From Rhodospirillales bacterium (GTDB lineage Bacteria > Pseudomonadota > Alphaproteobacteria > Bin95): a stretch of 29,898 bases of DNA. The translations under genes were made by a program, and so were the position numbers. This document shows, piece after piece, positions 10,389 through 19,580 of the stretch (within the stretch, counting starts at the first letter, position 1; every line of letters starts with the position of its first letter). The stretch is taken from the NCBI GenBank assembly GCA_038143065.1, contig JAYQLI010000008.1, positions 1-29,898 on the forward strand, given 5' to 3'. Below the pieces are notes generated by a model. The model had not been told where the DNA came from. It saw only the letters and a program-made list of their open reading frames with translations, and did not search any database.

Positions 10389-10954
10389 TCACAGCAACTC
10401 CACTGCCTGACTAAGCTGATCACTATTCACATCAATATATCTCTGCGTTGTGCTGATATGCGAATGCCCTGCAAGTTCGGCGAGTAACCGTACTCCCACG
10501 CCTTTGTTTGCTAATCGGGTGATATATGTGCGCCGTCCACTATGGCTGGATGCATCTTTAAGACCGCAGGCTTTATAGATGTCCAAAAATAGCTGGCACA
10601 TTGTGTTTGCCGAAAAGTGCCCGCCTTTTTGACTCTCAAATAGAGGACGATCTAACTCTTGCAAACATATACTTTTGGCATAGGTGGCAAGCGCTTTTCT
10701 TAAGCGCTGATTGAGATACACAGTTCTGCGCTGCCCACCTTTGCTTTGATCCACGCCCAGAATAAACTGATCTCGCACAGCGCCTGTCTCATCAAATACG
10801 TCTCCTAGTTTAAGTGCCGCAATTCTTTGGCGCGTAGGCCTGCATAAAAGCTAACCATGAATATTGTCGTGTCACGAACTGGATGACGGCGACTGCGGCA
10901 GTAGTGTAATACTCTGCGAAACTGTGCTTCATTTAGTGTTTGTGCCTGCCGCAT
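10389..10954 (-). CDS. Short (~188 aa) catalytic-domain-only tyrosine recombinase (frameshift near 10825)
   Basis: AAGGAG RBS. MRQAQTLNEAQFRRVL...RDTTIFMVSFYAGLRAKE, SKGG, SSHSGRRTY, LAGHSHISTTQRY: complete R-K-H-R-H-Y set. Confidence 0.92.
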
Positions 10955-11212
10955 CTCAAAGCTCCTTAAACATAATGTTTTGTTAGCTCTGAGTATAAAG
11001 TCTGAGGTTTAGGTTGGGCGACCGAAATCTGTCAATAAATATATCAAATGATTTCAATGGGATCAGCTATAATCTCATACAATATGTTCTATGAGGTTTT
11101 TTACAGAGAACCAGTTTTGAGGTGTTTTTCTGATAAAGTTGATAAATAAACATATAGGCAAAAACACAGGCTGAATAAGGCAAAGTAAACGAGATCAAGA
11201 TTGGCGCGTCGA

Positions 11213-11639
11213 TTATAATAGCGCTGTGGTGATGTACTTTGAAAACGTTAGCATAAATCGAACTGCCCGTTGTTCGTCTTCAAATGCACTACCCCATGCT
11301 GCTGGCAGGATGCCTGAAACGCACTTATCTAAACAACTTGGAGTGAACGTTTGCAAAGTCGTAATGGTTGAGAAGGAACGCCTTTTAAAAGTGAGACGGA
11401 AGACAACCCCGCAAGGGATCCGTCACTGCACAGGGGTGCCTGACCGTATAGGTCCTGTGTAGGCGTGTGATACGCCAGTAATAGAGATGATCGCAAAACC
11501 TGCTCTTCCCTGCAAAGGGTTTGGTGATACGGGCTGACAAGCGATGTGCAATAGACGCATTGAGCAGTTTTAGATTGATGCCTTTACAGGCGTTGATCTG
11601 ACTGCTCTTTGCAATCTCGAATAAAGGAAACGAACTCAA
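11213..11639 (-). CDS. Possible small hypothetical protein (frameshifted)
   Basis: ORF 11385-11639 plus a downstream frame ending AFEDEQRAVRFMLTFSKYITTALL*. Same strand as its neighbours; no recognised family. Confidence 0.3.
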
Positions 11640-11750
11640 TTGAACTTAATTAGTTAAGACGAAGTATCTGAGTTCGGCGATAGCTGAACGCTCGTAGATG
11701 CGAAGCAGATGCGATTGACGATAAAGATATTCAAACAGCTCCAACTAAGC

Positions 11751-12089
11751 CTAATATTCTTCTCCAAGCATAATCGTGAGCACACGTCTGGTCACATGTG
11801 GATCACTTGGATCAGGACTGTGGTGCATCAGATCAAGGTCGTAGTAATCGATCTTCCAAAAGACAGTATTGCCCTCATACTCAATTGCTCCAAAGTCGTG
11901 TTCGCCAAATGGATCATTGCGCTCAGAGAAGTCATCAAAACCTTTCACCAAATTTAAGATGCAATCCACTGAGTCCAATGCAATGAATCTATGCCTTGTG
12001 TGATGATGAGTTTGCAATTTGGTGATGGTGCGGGTTTGATCGTTTAGAAGGGCAATGGATTGGGCTGTTCTGTCAACGTCGGGCTGCAA
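11751..12089 (-). CDS. DUF3768 domain protein
   Basis: AAGGAG RBS and TTG start. Signature FDDFSERNDPFGEHDFG...FWKIDYYD...SPDPSDPHVTRRVLTIMLGEEY. Confidence 0.85.
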   Translation of the reverse strand: MQPDVDRTAQSIALLNDQTRTITKLQTHHHTRHRFIALDSVDCILNLVKGFDDFSERNDPFGEHDFGAIEYEGNTVFWKIDYYDLDLMHHSPDPSDPHVTRRVLTIMLGEEY

Positions 12090-12150
12090 GCCTAGCTCCT
12101 TTTACAAAAGCATATGCTCAACGGTAAGTTTGGACGACTGATAATATAGA

Positions 12151-12178
12151 AAGAGCCACCAAAAAATGAGCGGCTCTT
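12151..12178 (-). terminator. Probable terminator after the AAA+ gene
   Basis: AAGAGCC...GGCTCTT inverted repeat followed by T-rich sequence on the minus strand. Confidence 0.4.
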
Positions 12179-12198
12179 CAGTAAGCTAGTAAGAAGCT

Positions 12199-12865
12199 TT
12201 AGGATCCAGTGCGGGCTTCAAGAAGCTGATCAAACCCAGACTTGTCCGAGGTAAAATCCAAAATTGTATCTTCCAACCAATCCATCATTTTACGTCCACT
12301 GCCTTCAAACCCTTTGTAATAGCTGGGTTTGAACTTCAGTTAAAAAGATACCGTTAGTATCTAATATGGCTTTGGCTCGGGAAGCCGTGATCTACGGTTG
12401 GATAGGTAAACTCTAGGCATCGACAACGATCTTGAGTGGCTGATCAATCCAGTGCAGGTTATTTGTGGTACAGATGATAATGCCAAAAGTATGCTCATCG
12501 ACGATTGCGCGCAATGCTTGCTTTCGCATGCCGGGCTTTAGTTGATCCACTTCTTCTATGATCAAACATCCGTGCAACATGCCAAAGGCGCGTTGGTAGT
12601 TCCAATTACCGGTGAGAATATCCAAACTCTTATCTTCTAACGCGCTTGCACGCACCGAGCATTTGCTGATGTTCGTCTTCTTCTGCATATCTACCCTTTC
12701 GCGATCAGGTTTTGCGGTCTCGCTCTTACCAGCGCCGCGTGGTCCGTGCAGAATAAGATGCTTGTGCCTTTGTTGGCAGTTTCTTTGACGATACGTTCGA
12801 CATAAGCGTCCACAAAGATAATATCGTCCAAAGTTTTGGGGGCGATGCTTTTCTTCAAACTTCAT
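12199..12865 (-). CDS. RFC/clamp-loader-clade AAA+ ATPase (several frameshifts)
   Basis: Rebuilt across frames: EKHRPKTLDDII (RFC box II-like), Walker A HGPRGAGKS, Walker B IIEEVD, sensor-1 ICTTN, DRC arginine finger, GSGR, ending LLEARTGS*. Confidence 0.75.
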
Positions 12866-12890
12866 TTAATTGTTCCTTTCGAACAGAAAT

Positions 12891-12916
12891 AGTGAGCAGT
12901 GCAAAGACTGCTCACT
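12891..12916 (-). terminator. Perfect 10-bp stem-loop between the hypothetical gene and the AAA+ gene
   Basis: AGTGAGCAGT-GCAAAG-ACTGCTCACT. Confidence 0.6.
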
Positions 12917-12928
12917 TATCAAGGCTGA

Positions 12929-13759
12929 TTATTCCGCAGGGATAGCTGCGCCATTTAACTCAGTGACATCGACATGTAAGGCAGGTTGAAACGACTGTGG
13001 CTCCATTCTTCACCAAACTTTTAGATTGGCTTTGCGCTGCTCTTTTCATTGCGCTTTGCAACGCCCGCTTGCTCTGTTTGACTTGCCTGCTCTTTAAGTT
13101 GACTGCCTGCCAATGTGAGAACAGTTTTAATTGGAACCAATTTATCTGTGCCAAACACAATAGTGCCGGTTCCATCCGTATTTTTGCGAATAAGGGCCAG
13201 GCTGAATTGTTCTGTCTGCGGGCTGCAGCTCGTCTTTCATCTCGATCTGCATAATACCATTTGCATCGCTTAATACGGTTTCTGCATAGTCTTTGTTCTG
13301 CTTGGCTTTATCCGCTTCGCTCAGCCCTTTCTTTATTGGCGCGACGGATCTCATCAATACCGTGATTGTCAGTAATGAACGTCTCAAGCGCATCGCCGGT
13401 TTGTCCTGTGTCAGAAGCGACTTTAAGAACGCGCGCATGAGAATGCGCGGCTTGCAATTGTTTGCTCCATATTAGGCCCAACAAATACAAGGCGGATGAT
13501 CTTCAAAGCTAGGTTGGTTTGAGCTGTTATATCCAATACCGCGCTCTTCCAATTGCTCCGTAATGGCTTTGGCTAAACCAGTTTTAGCGTCTTTGGCTTT
13601 GTTAAAAAGCTCAAGCAGCGTTTCTAGAATTGCATAGAGCTCTGCATTGCTTGCTGCATAGGTGCTTGAATTTTGCCATTTGATGCGGTTTGCAATCATC
13701 TCATCGATAACGGACGTTAGGCTTGGTGCTACATTTGTGTTTTGAGTTACGTTTGTCAT
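12929..13759 (-). CDS. Hypothetical protein (~275 aa, frameshifted)
   Basis: GGAGA RBS, MTNVTQNTN start. Protein-like reading runs across ORFs 13472-13855, 13308-13490 and 13142-13438 (ASNAELYAIL, LALKIIRLVF, HGIDEIRRA). The 3' end is approximate. Confidence 0.65.
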
Positions 13760-13894
13760 TTTTAGTTCTCCAAAGTTTAAAACTATGACTGGCGTGATTG
13801 TCGTGTCGATGAAAAAACAAACGTAATTCAAAGTTTGATGCGATATAAAAAGCATTAATATATATTATGATTGGCATCATTTTGGATTGATTTA

Positions 13895-14655
13895 ATGGAA
13901 AACTTTAAAGATCGCCCATTGCACTTTGCTTATGCGTGGCCCGTAAAGATCCCAAACGCAGCAAAAGAGTACTACCGCCGCACCTTTTCCAGAGGCAGAG
14001 CCTTGGCAATGTTCGGTCTATTACTACTGGTGGGAGTATCTAAGGCGCCATGAGGATTACAAAACTACCTGTGCGCAGGGTGGGCGTGGGCGCCATGCCA
14101 AGCTCTATGCAGACTTTGGCAATGTGCACGAAGGTGAATTCTGGGATTGGTGGCGTGCGCATAACTGGATCTTTGCTGAGCCACCCATAAGACAGGTTAA
14201 AGCTGTTGAGGCAGGGGAGCTTGCAGATGATCACACGCTCATCATAAAGGTTCCTTTGGAAACATCGCTTGCTATTACAACACGTCAGTTCAAACGCTTA
14301 GTGAAACCTCAAATAAAAGGCGGCGCGCCAGAAGTTGCCAAGCCGGGCGAAGTATCCAGTGGCAACGAAGCCTATCCTCTCTGCATTACATGAACATCTT
14401 CTCGTTTGGGATGCAAAGCAGAGGCATCCAAACTTCAAAGATGCAGAGTTGGCCGATCTAGTGGGTCTTCGCATCAATCACGTTGTGGATGGTGAAACTC
14501 TTCAATCCAGACGAGTCTTCAACTTTCAACAGACAAAATTGAAAAGAAGATTTATCGGCGAAAGCAATTGGCTGTGCAGCGTCACCTGCGCATTGCGGAG
14601 CAGTATATAGAGAATGCGGGGCAAGGGGCAGTTTCCACTGAGAGATAAGCGATAA
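13895..14655 (+). CDS. Hypothetical island protein, possible transcriptional activator (frameshifted)
   Basis: Rebuilt SVYYYWWEYLRRHEDY...LYADFGNVHEGEFWDWW...IFAEP...DAELADLVGL...YIENAGQG.FP across ORFs 13871-14053, 14124-14393 and 14335-14610. Confidence 0.65.
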
Positions 14656-14746
14656 TTCCACTGTGGGGCTTTGATCAGTCGGTGACTCCCAGTATGGGCC
14701 AACATTGTATCTCCGAGTCTTTGCCGGTTTTGGTGTGCCCAGAGTT

Positions 14747-14794
14747 TCTCATTGTAAACAGCGCAATGAGATAAATAACTGTATAAGTTATTTA
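14747..14794. promoter_or_regulatory. Two adjacent inverted repeats abutting an RBS
   Basis: TCTCATTG-N9-CAATGAGA (14747-14771) and TAAATAACT-N5-AGTTATTTA (14772-14794), followed by GGAG and the ATG at 14805. Confidence 0.55.
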
Positions 14795-14804
14795 GGAGTT
14801 AATT

Positions 14805-15134
14805 ATGAGCATAAGATTATTGGAACATATACGGGATGAGTTGAGAGGTTCTGAATGCAGTTCAAAACACACAGAGTTTTCAAGCTGGCTGGGGAAAAGT
14901 GAAAGTTACATTAGAACACTGCGTTTCCATCAGCTAGAACCCAGTGTGGAAGCGTTAAGTGTGTGTTCCCACAAACTTTGGACATTATGCAGACAAGTTT
15001 GAAAGGCAGCGATACGGACACTCTCACAAAATCTGGGTTCAAAGTTTTGACCGTCTTAAAGACTTGTGTGATCAAGCAATCTTGCCAAACAAGCCCATAA
15101 AATATGGCAAGAACCAGATAGGATGAGAGCGTGA
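14805..15134 (+). CDS. Small putative HTH-like protein (resembles DUF6626; frameshifted)
   Basis: AGGAG RBS; LLEHIRDEL...EFSSWLGKSESYIRTLR...PSVEAL. The family name is from memory and unverified. Confidence 0.55.
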
Positions 15135-15452
15135 GAAATTATTATCATGGATGATGCAAGAGAGGATATGCGAGGAAGCATTGATGTGATTGAGAAAGGG
15201 GCCAAGAGCACCAGTGATGAGCAAGCTGTGGATGACATCAAACTTTTTGCAAACACCACAAGCTTCCTTCGATGCTTTAGACACGCGCCTCCAAGTCCAA
15301 GGATGCCAAACCAAAGAAGAGGTCAAAACCCGCAAAGACTGTGTGACAGCAAAACCACCAATGTCTGTAATCCCAAAACCTCAAAACGGACCAAAGTCGC
15401 AAGGCACTACAACCGGCATGCCCTGCCATCAGCACGGCAATCTCACAGGTGA
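15131..15452 (+). CDS. Hypothetical protein (frame and end uncertain)
   Basis: Probable GTGA overlap with the previous gene and a protein-like N-terminal half (MDDAREDMRGSIDVIEKGA). Confidence 0.35.
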
Positions 15453-15734
15453 TTATGATGGCTCAAGCCACAGGCTGCACAAGCACCTCTCAGAACCAGT
15501 TAGAACCAACATGCGTTAAAAACTACGTCGCAAACTCCGCTGAAACACTACAGTTTGTGACGCCTGTAAGTGAATTTATCACTCGTTCCTTTATGTCTAG
15601 AGATGCATAGTTAAATGCGAATTAGAACAAACATGGCTGAATTAAAATGAGACAATTTTGACCGCTTTATTCACAATAAACAAAACTTTAGCTTAAGTCT
15701 CTCCCAACGTTGTCACTTACGACTATCCATATTT

Positions 15735-16473
15735 TTAAGCTGCTTCCAATGCTCCAGTAATTAATCCTGTAATTTCTTCTGGGCTGGTTTGGCTTATGGC
15801 CTTATCTGCGACTTTACTACCTCTTCTTAACACCGCAACTCGGTCACATACTTCAAAGACGTCTGGCATACGGTGACTCACTAATATTACCGCATGCCCT
15901 GTGTCTTTTAATTGTTTGATGCGTGCTAAAACTTCAGCTACCTGGCGTACGGAAATGGCCGCAGTAGGTTCGTCCATCAATACAATCTTGGGGTCTGACA
16001 GGCGTGTTCGCGCTATTGCGACAGCTTGCCGTTGCCCACCTGACATCTGTGCGACCAAGTCGCGAGGTCGAGTTTCAGATTTTAATTCCTTAAACAATTC
16101 AGCCGCACGGTTATACATTGCTGTGTGATTTAGCTTTGAGAAAAACCCTACTCCTGTTTCTAATTCCCTACCGAGAAATACATTCGCTGCAGCAGTAAGG
16201 TTGTCGCAAAGTGCCAGATCTTGATATACAATTTCAATTCCACTTTTGCGGGCATCTACCGGACGATTAAAGACAACTTTTTACCTTCCAAAAAATTTCT
16301 CCAGCGGTTGGAGCAAAGTTTCCAGCAATGATTTTCATTAAAGTGGATTTCCCAGCGCCATTATCGCCCATTAGGCCCAATGCTTCGCCTGGAGCGATAT
16401 GTAGATTAACTTCTTGAAGGGCTTGGATTGCCCCAAAGTTCATTTTTATAGATTTTAATTCGAGCAGCTTCAT
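15735..16473 (-). CDS. Sugar ABC transporter ATP-binding protein, single domain (frameshift near 16280)
   Basis: [10 protein letters not shown] Walker [14 protein letters not shown] signature, VLMDEPTAA Walker B, VSH. Confidence 0.92.
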
Positions 16474-16576
16474 AAATTCTCCCTAGATCTGTCAATTTTC
16501 AAATAATCAAGTGACGATTTGGTTGTGGTTCTTTTTATATTTTAACGCTATTTTAGAACTAGATAAACATTTTTTT

Positions 16577-16610
16577 GCAAAATTATTTGCTTTATGGCAT
16601 AAAAAATTGC
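16577..16610. promoter_or_regulatory. Two GCA-N8-TGC candidate operators
   Basis: GCAAAATTATTTGC (16577-16590) and GCATAAAAAATTGC (16597-16610) in the divergent ATPase/regulator promoter region. Confidence 0.6.
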
Positions 16611-16646
16611 ATATATACGTTTTTTATTGTGTTTAAAAGGATGGAA

Positions 16647-17807
16647 ATGACAGAGAAACAATCTTCTAAATTAGACTTTGAAAAGTTGATGTCTGATATA
16701 GAAAACGGTATGCGCGATATGGGTCGGAGCGCGCGCAGAATTGCTGAATTTCTGTATTCCAACACTGATGAAGCAGCATTGTTATCTACTGCTGAGGTGG
16801 CGCAAGCCTGTCATGTGCACTCTTCCTCAGTAGTCCGCTTTGCTCAAACTTTAGGATTTAGTGGATATAAACAGCTGCAGGGTGTTTTGAAAACGCAATA
16901 TAAGTCAAATCTAGAACGTCTAGAGACACTGCAATCGTCTGAGCCAATTGAAACTTCGGGAAGACGCTTCAGTATTTTTGTTTTGGCCGACTCAGGGCGA
17001 TCATTCAACGAGGCATTGCGGACTGCAGCACTGAAGTTTGCGGAAACCGATAATGAAATCACTATTGAAGGCGATTATGTGGTTTCTAATGAAATAGAGC
17101 CGAAAGAGTTCGCGAATAAAATCGAAAAAGCTTCAAAAAAATATGATGCAATATTTTTAGTTGCGAGAGACCACCCTTTGATCAATGACGCTGTGCGAAA
17201 GGCCGTCGAGCATGGCGCATTCGTAATTTGTTTAACGACAGATTTGCCAGCTTCTGGCCGCACTTGCTACGTTGGTTCTGATCAATACGCTTCCGGGTCT
17301 TCTGCCGCTTGGTTAGTTGGTAAAATGGCCCATAATCCGCAACGCAGCCGTGTTCTTCTGGTTTATAGTGTGCCGTTTCGATGCCAACAAGATAGAGAGC
17401 AGGGATTTCGGCATATATTACGAACTGAGTTTCCTCATTTGATACTAGACGAACGCGTATCGTCAAATGAAGATTCGTTAATTACCCACAAATCAGTCAG
17501 GCAATATATCGAAAAAAATGGACCTCCTGCAGCAATTTACAATGTTTCAGGTGCCAATTTAGGTATTGGGAAAGCATTGGACGAGCAGAATTTGCTTTCT
17601 GATGTAGTTTTCATCGGTCATGAGCTGAATGTGAATTCTAAGCAGTTGCTGCGGATAGGCGCCATGGACGTCACGATTGGTCATAATATGGATGCAGAAA
17701 TCTCCTTGGCAGTTGATGCGCTGAGACAGGCGCGGTCGGGTAAAGTGCCTCAAAACGCGATTGTGGAAAGTCAAATATATACGCGCTACAACATCCCTGA
17801 ACTTTAA
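16647..17807 (+). CDS. Transcriptional regulator: RpiR/MurR-type HTH fused to a LacI/periplasmic-binding-protein-like sensor domain
   Basis: N-terminal RRIAEFL...STAEVAQACHVHSSSVVRFAQTLGFSGYKQLQ. C-terminal VICLTTDLP..R..YVGSDQYASGSSAAWLVG, DREQGFR, IYNVSGAN, FIGHEL. Uninterrupted ORF. Confidence 0.88.
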   Translation: MTEKQSSKLDFEKLMSDIENGMRDMGRSARRIAEFLYSNTDEAALLSTAEVAQACHVHSSSVVRFAQTLGFSGYKQLQGVLKTQYKSNLERLETLQSSEPIETSGRRFSIFVLADSGRSFNEALRTAALKFAETDNEITIEGDYVVSNEIEPKEFANKIEKASKKYDAIFLVARDHPLINDAVRKAVEHGAFVICLTTDLPASGRTCYVGSDQYASGSSAAWLVGKMAHNPQRSRVLLVYSVPFRCQQDREQGFRHILRTEFPHLILDERVSSNEDSLITHKSVRQYIEKNGPPAAIYNVSGANLGIGKALDEQNLLSDVVFIGHELNVNSKQLLRIGAMDVTIGHNMDAEISLAVDALRQARSGKVPQNAIVESQIYTRYNIPEL

Positions 17808-18630
17808 CTTGGTAGAGCCATGGGTTCTTCTGGTGTGGGAGGAGCGAATGAATATCCTCCCCAAACAGATTGATCAAACTGGATGACTGAACCGGTCATC
17901 ATACCGCTATCTGATGACGACAAGAAAGTCACAGCGCGCGCCACCTCGGCCGGATCTATTAATCGTCCAAATGGTTGCTCGGCGGCGGCTTTTTCCAGCC
18001 AATCTGCATCAGCTCCGTGATATTCACGTTGAATGCGGTCTTCGCCATCAGAAGCCATCCAGCCAATATTCAATTGGTTAACTCGAATTTTATTGCGCAT
18101 AAGCGCATAGCCTGAATTACGTGTCAAGTGGCTAAGGCGCCTTTGAGGCACAATATGGCGCGATAAATGGCTGGCCGGCAAGTGCCGAGGTGGACCCGAT
18201 ATTGACGATGGCGCCTTCTGATAGACTTTCCCCGGCGTATCATTATCTTTACCGCTTCTTGCATCAAAAAGAATGGGCTTTGGTATTAGTGCAAACATCC
18301 GATCGAACAACTCTCTTCGCTGGTGTCTAAAAAGGTTGCCTCGATCCGTTAAGCTGGCGGCATTGACCAGCATCATGCCCGTAATTTCGGTCACCTTCGG
18401 GCAATCAACTTGCGGCATGTGGTAATGTCCGCCAAATCAGCTTCAATAAAATATACTGGAACGCCGGTTTGATCTTGAATATTTTTCGCTACGCTTTGAC
18501 CTTTTTCGACATTTCGTCCAGAGGTAAAGACTGCTTTGGCGCCAGAAAGTGCAAATTGCCAAGCGATTGCTGCTCCAAGCCCTTGTGTGCCACCTGTAAC
18601 AATGGCGACTTTTTGATCAATTCTATTCAT
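17804..18630 (-). CDS. SDR family oxidoreductase (frameshifted)
   Basis: KVAIVTGGTQGLG, LVNAA, IRVNQLNIGW, PFGRLIDPAEVARAVTFLSS..SGMMTGSVI. Confidence 0.9.
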
Positions 18631-18680
18631 TTTTATCTCTTTCTTTTATTTCAATATTTTCTCTAGCTTCACGTATCGTT

Positions 18681-19576
18681 TCAACACAGAAAGATAGCTT
18701 CTACCGAATAGCCTGCGTTTTTCATCACGCGCAGCCTTCTTGATGGCCCGTTTGGGCCATTTTGGGGGCGGATTTTTGATCGGGTCTTGCTCGGCTTCTA
18801 CGACAAACCAGCCTTCATAGCCATGGGCGGCCAGGCGTTGAACGATGGCGTCAAAATCCAAGCTGCCATCGCGGGCACGGTAAAGGCGCCTTTGATCACC
18901 GCGTCAAAAAGCTGTGCCGGCTGCGATCAGCCCGGCGATCACATCTCCGCGTATATCTTTGGTATGCACATGGTTGATGCGGGCATGGTGCGTGTCGATC
19001 ACCCGCAAAACATCTCCGCCGGCAAAGGCCATATGCCCGGCGTCAAAAAGCAGGGGCAAGGCGGCGCCGGAATGGGCCATCAGAAGGTCCACCTCGGTTT
19101 CGATCGGAGCCGCCATATGATGGTGATATCAACGGCATACCCTGCGCGGCGCACCATTCGGCGAACGCGGTCATTTTGCGCCCATATTCTCTTGATCTGC
19201 GCCTCATCCAGCTTCAGTTTGCTGGCAAGCGGCAGATTGATCGCCTTGGATTGTACCGCGGTTTCGCCATAAACAATACAGGGTGCCCCCCATGGCTTTG
19301 AACAGCTCAAGTTGCAGGGCAATCCGGTCTTTCTCGGCTTCGATCTCGCCGCTCAGCAGTAGCCCCGAGAACCAGCCCCCGCAGATCGAGATCCCGTAGC
19401 GCTCAATCAGCATTTTCAAACCGGTGATCCATTAAAACGCGCCGCCCGGTTTCCATGCCGCTATAGCCGGCTTCGCTGGCTTGGCGCAGGCATTCTTCCA
19501 GCGAAACATCATCGCTGAGCTCTTCTAAATCATCATTCCACCAAGCAATAGGGGCGATGCCAAGCTTTGCTTTCAT
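18681..19576 (-). CDS. iolE: myo-inosose-2 dehydratase (many frameshifts)
   Basis: KLGIAPIAWWNDDL, AGYSGMETG, GGWFSG, LLFDAGH, INHVHTKD, GYEGWFVVEAEQDP; directly downstream of iolD. Confidence 0.9.
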
Positions 19577-19580
19577 TTGC

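Noticed and set aside
10084-10410. 108-aa ORF after dctM
   Set aside because: It overlaps the dctM end and the repeat array, and its composition is not protein-like.
16575-16646. N-terminal extension of the regulator ORF from TTG 16575
   Set aside because: It overlaps AT-rich promoter/operator DNA; the RBS-like sequence favours ATG 16641 or 16647.
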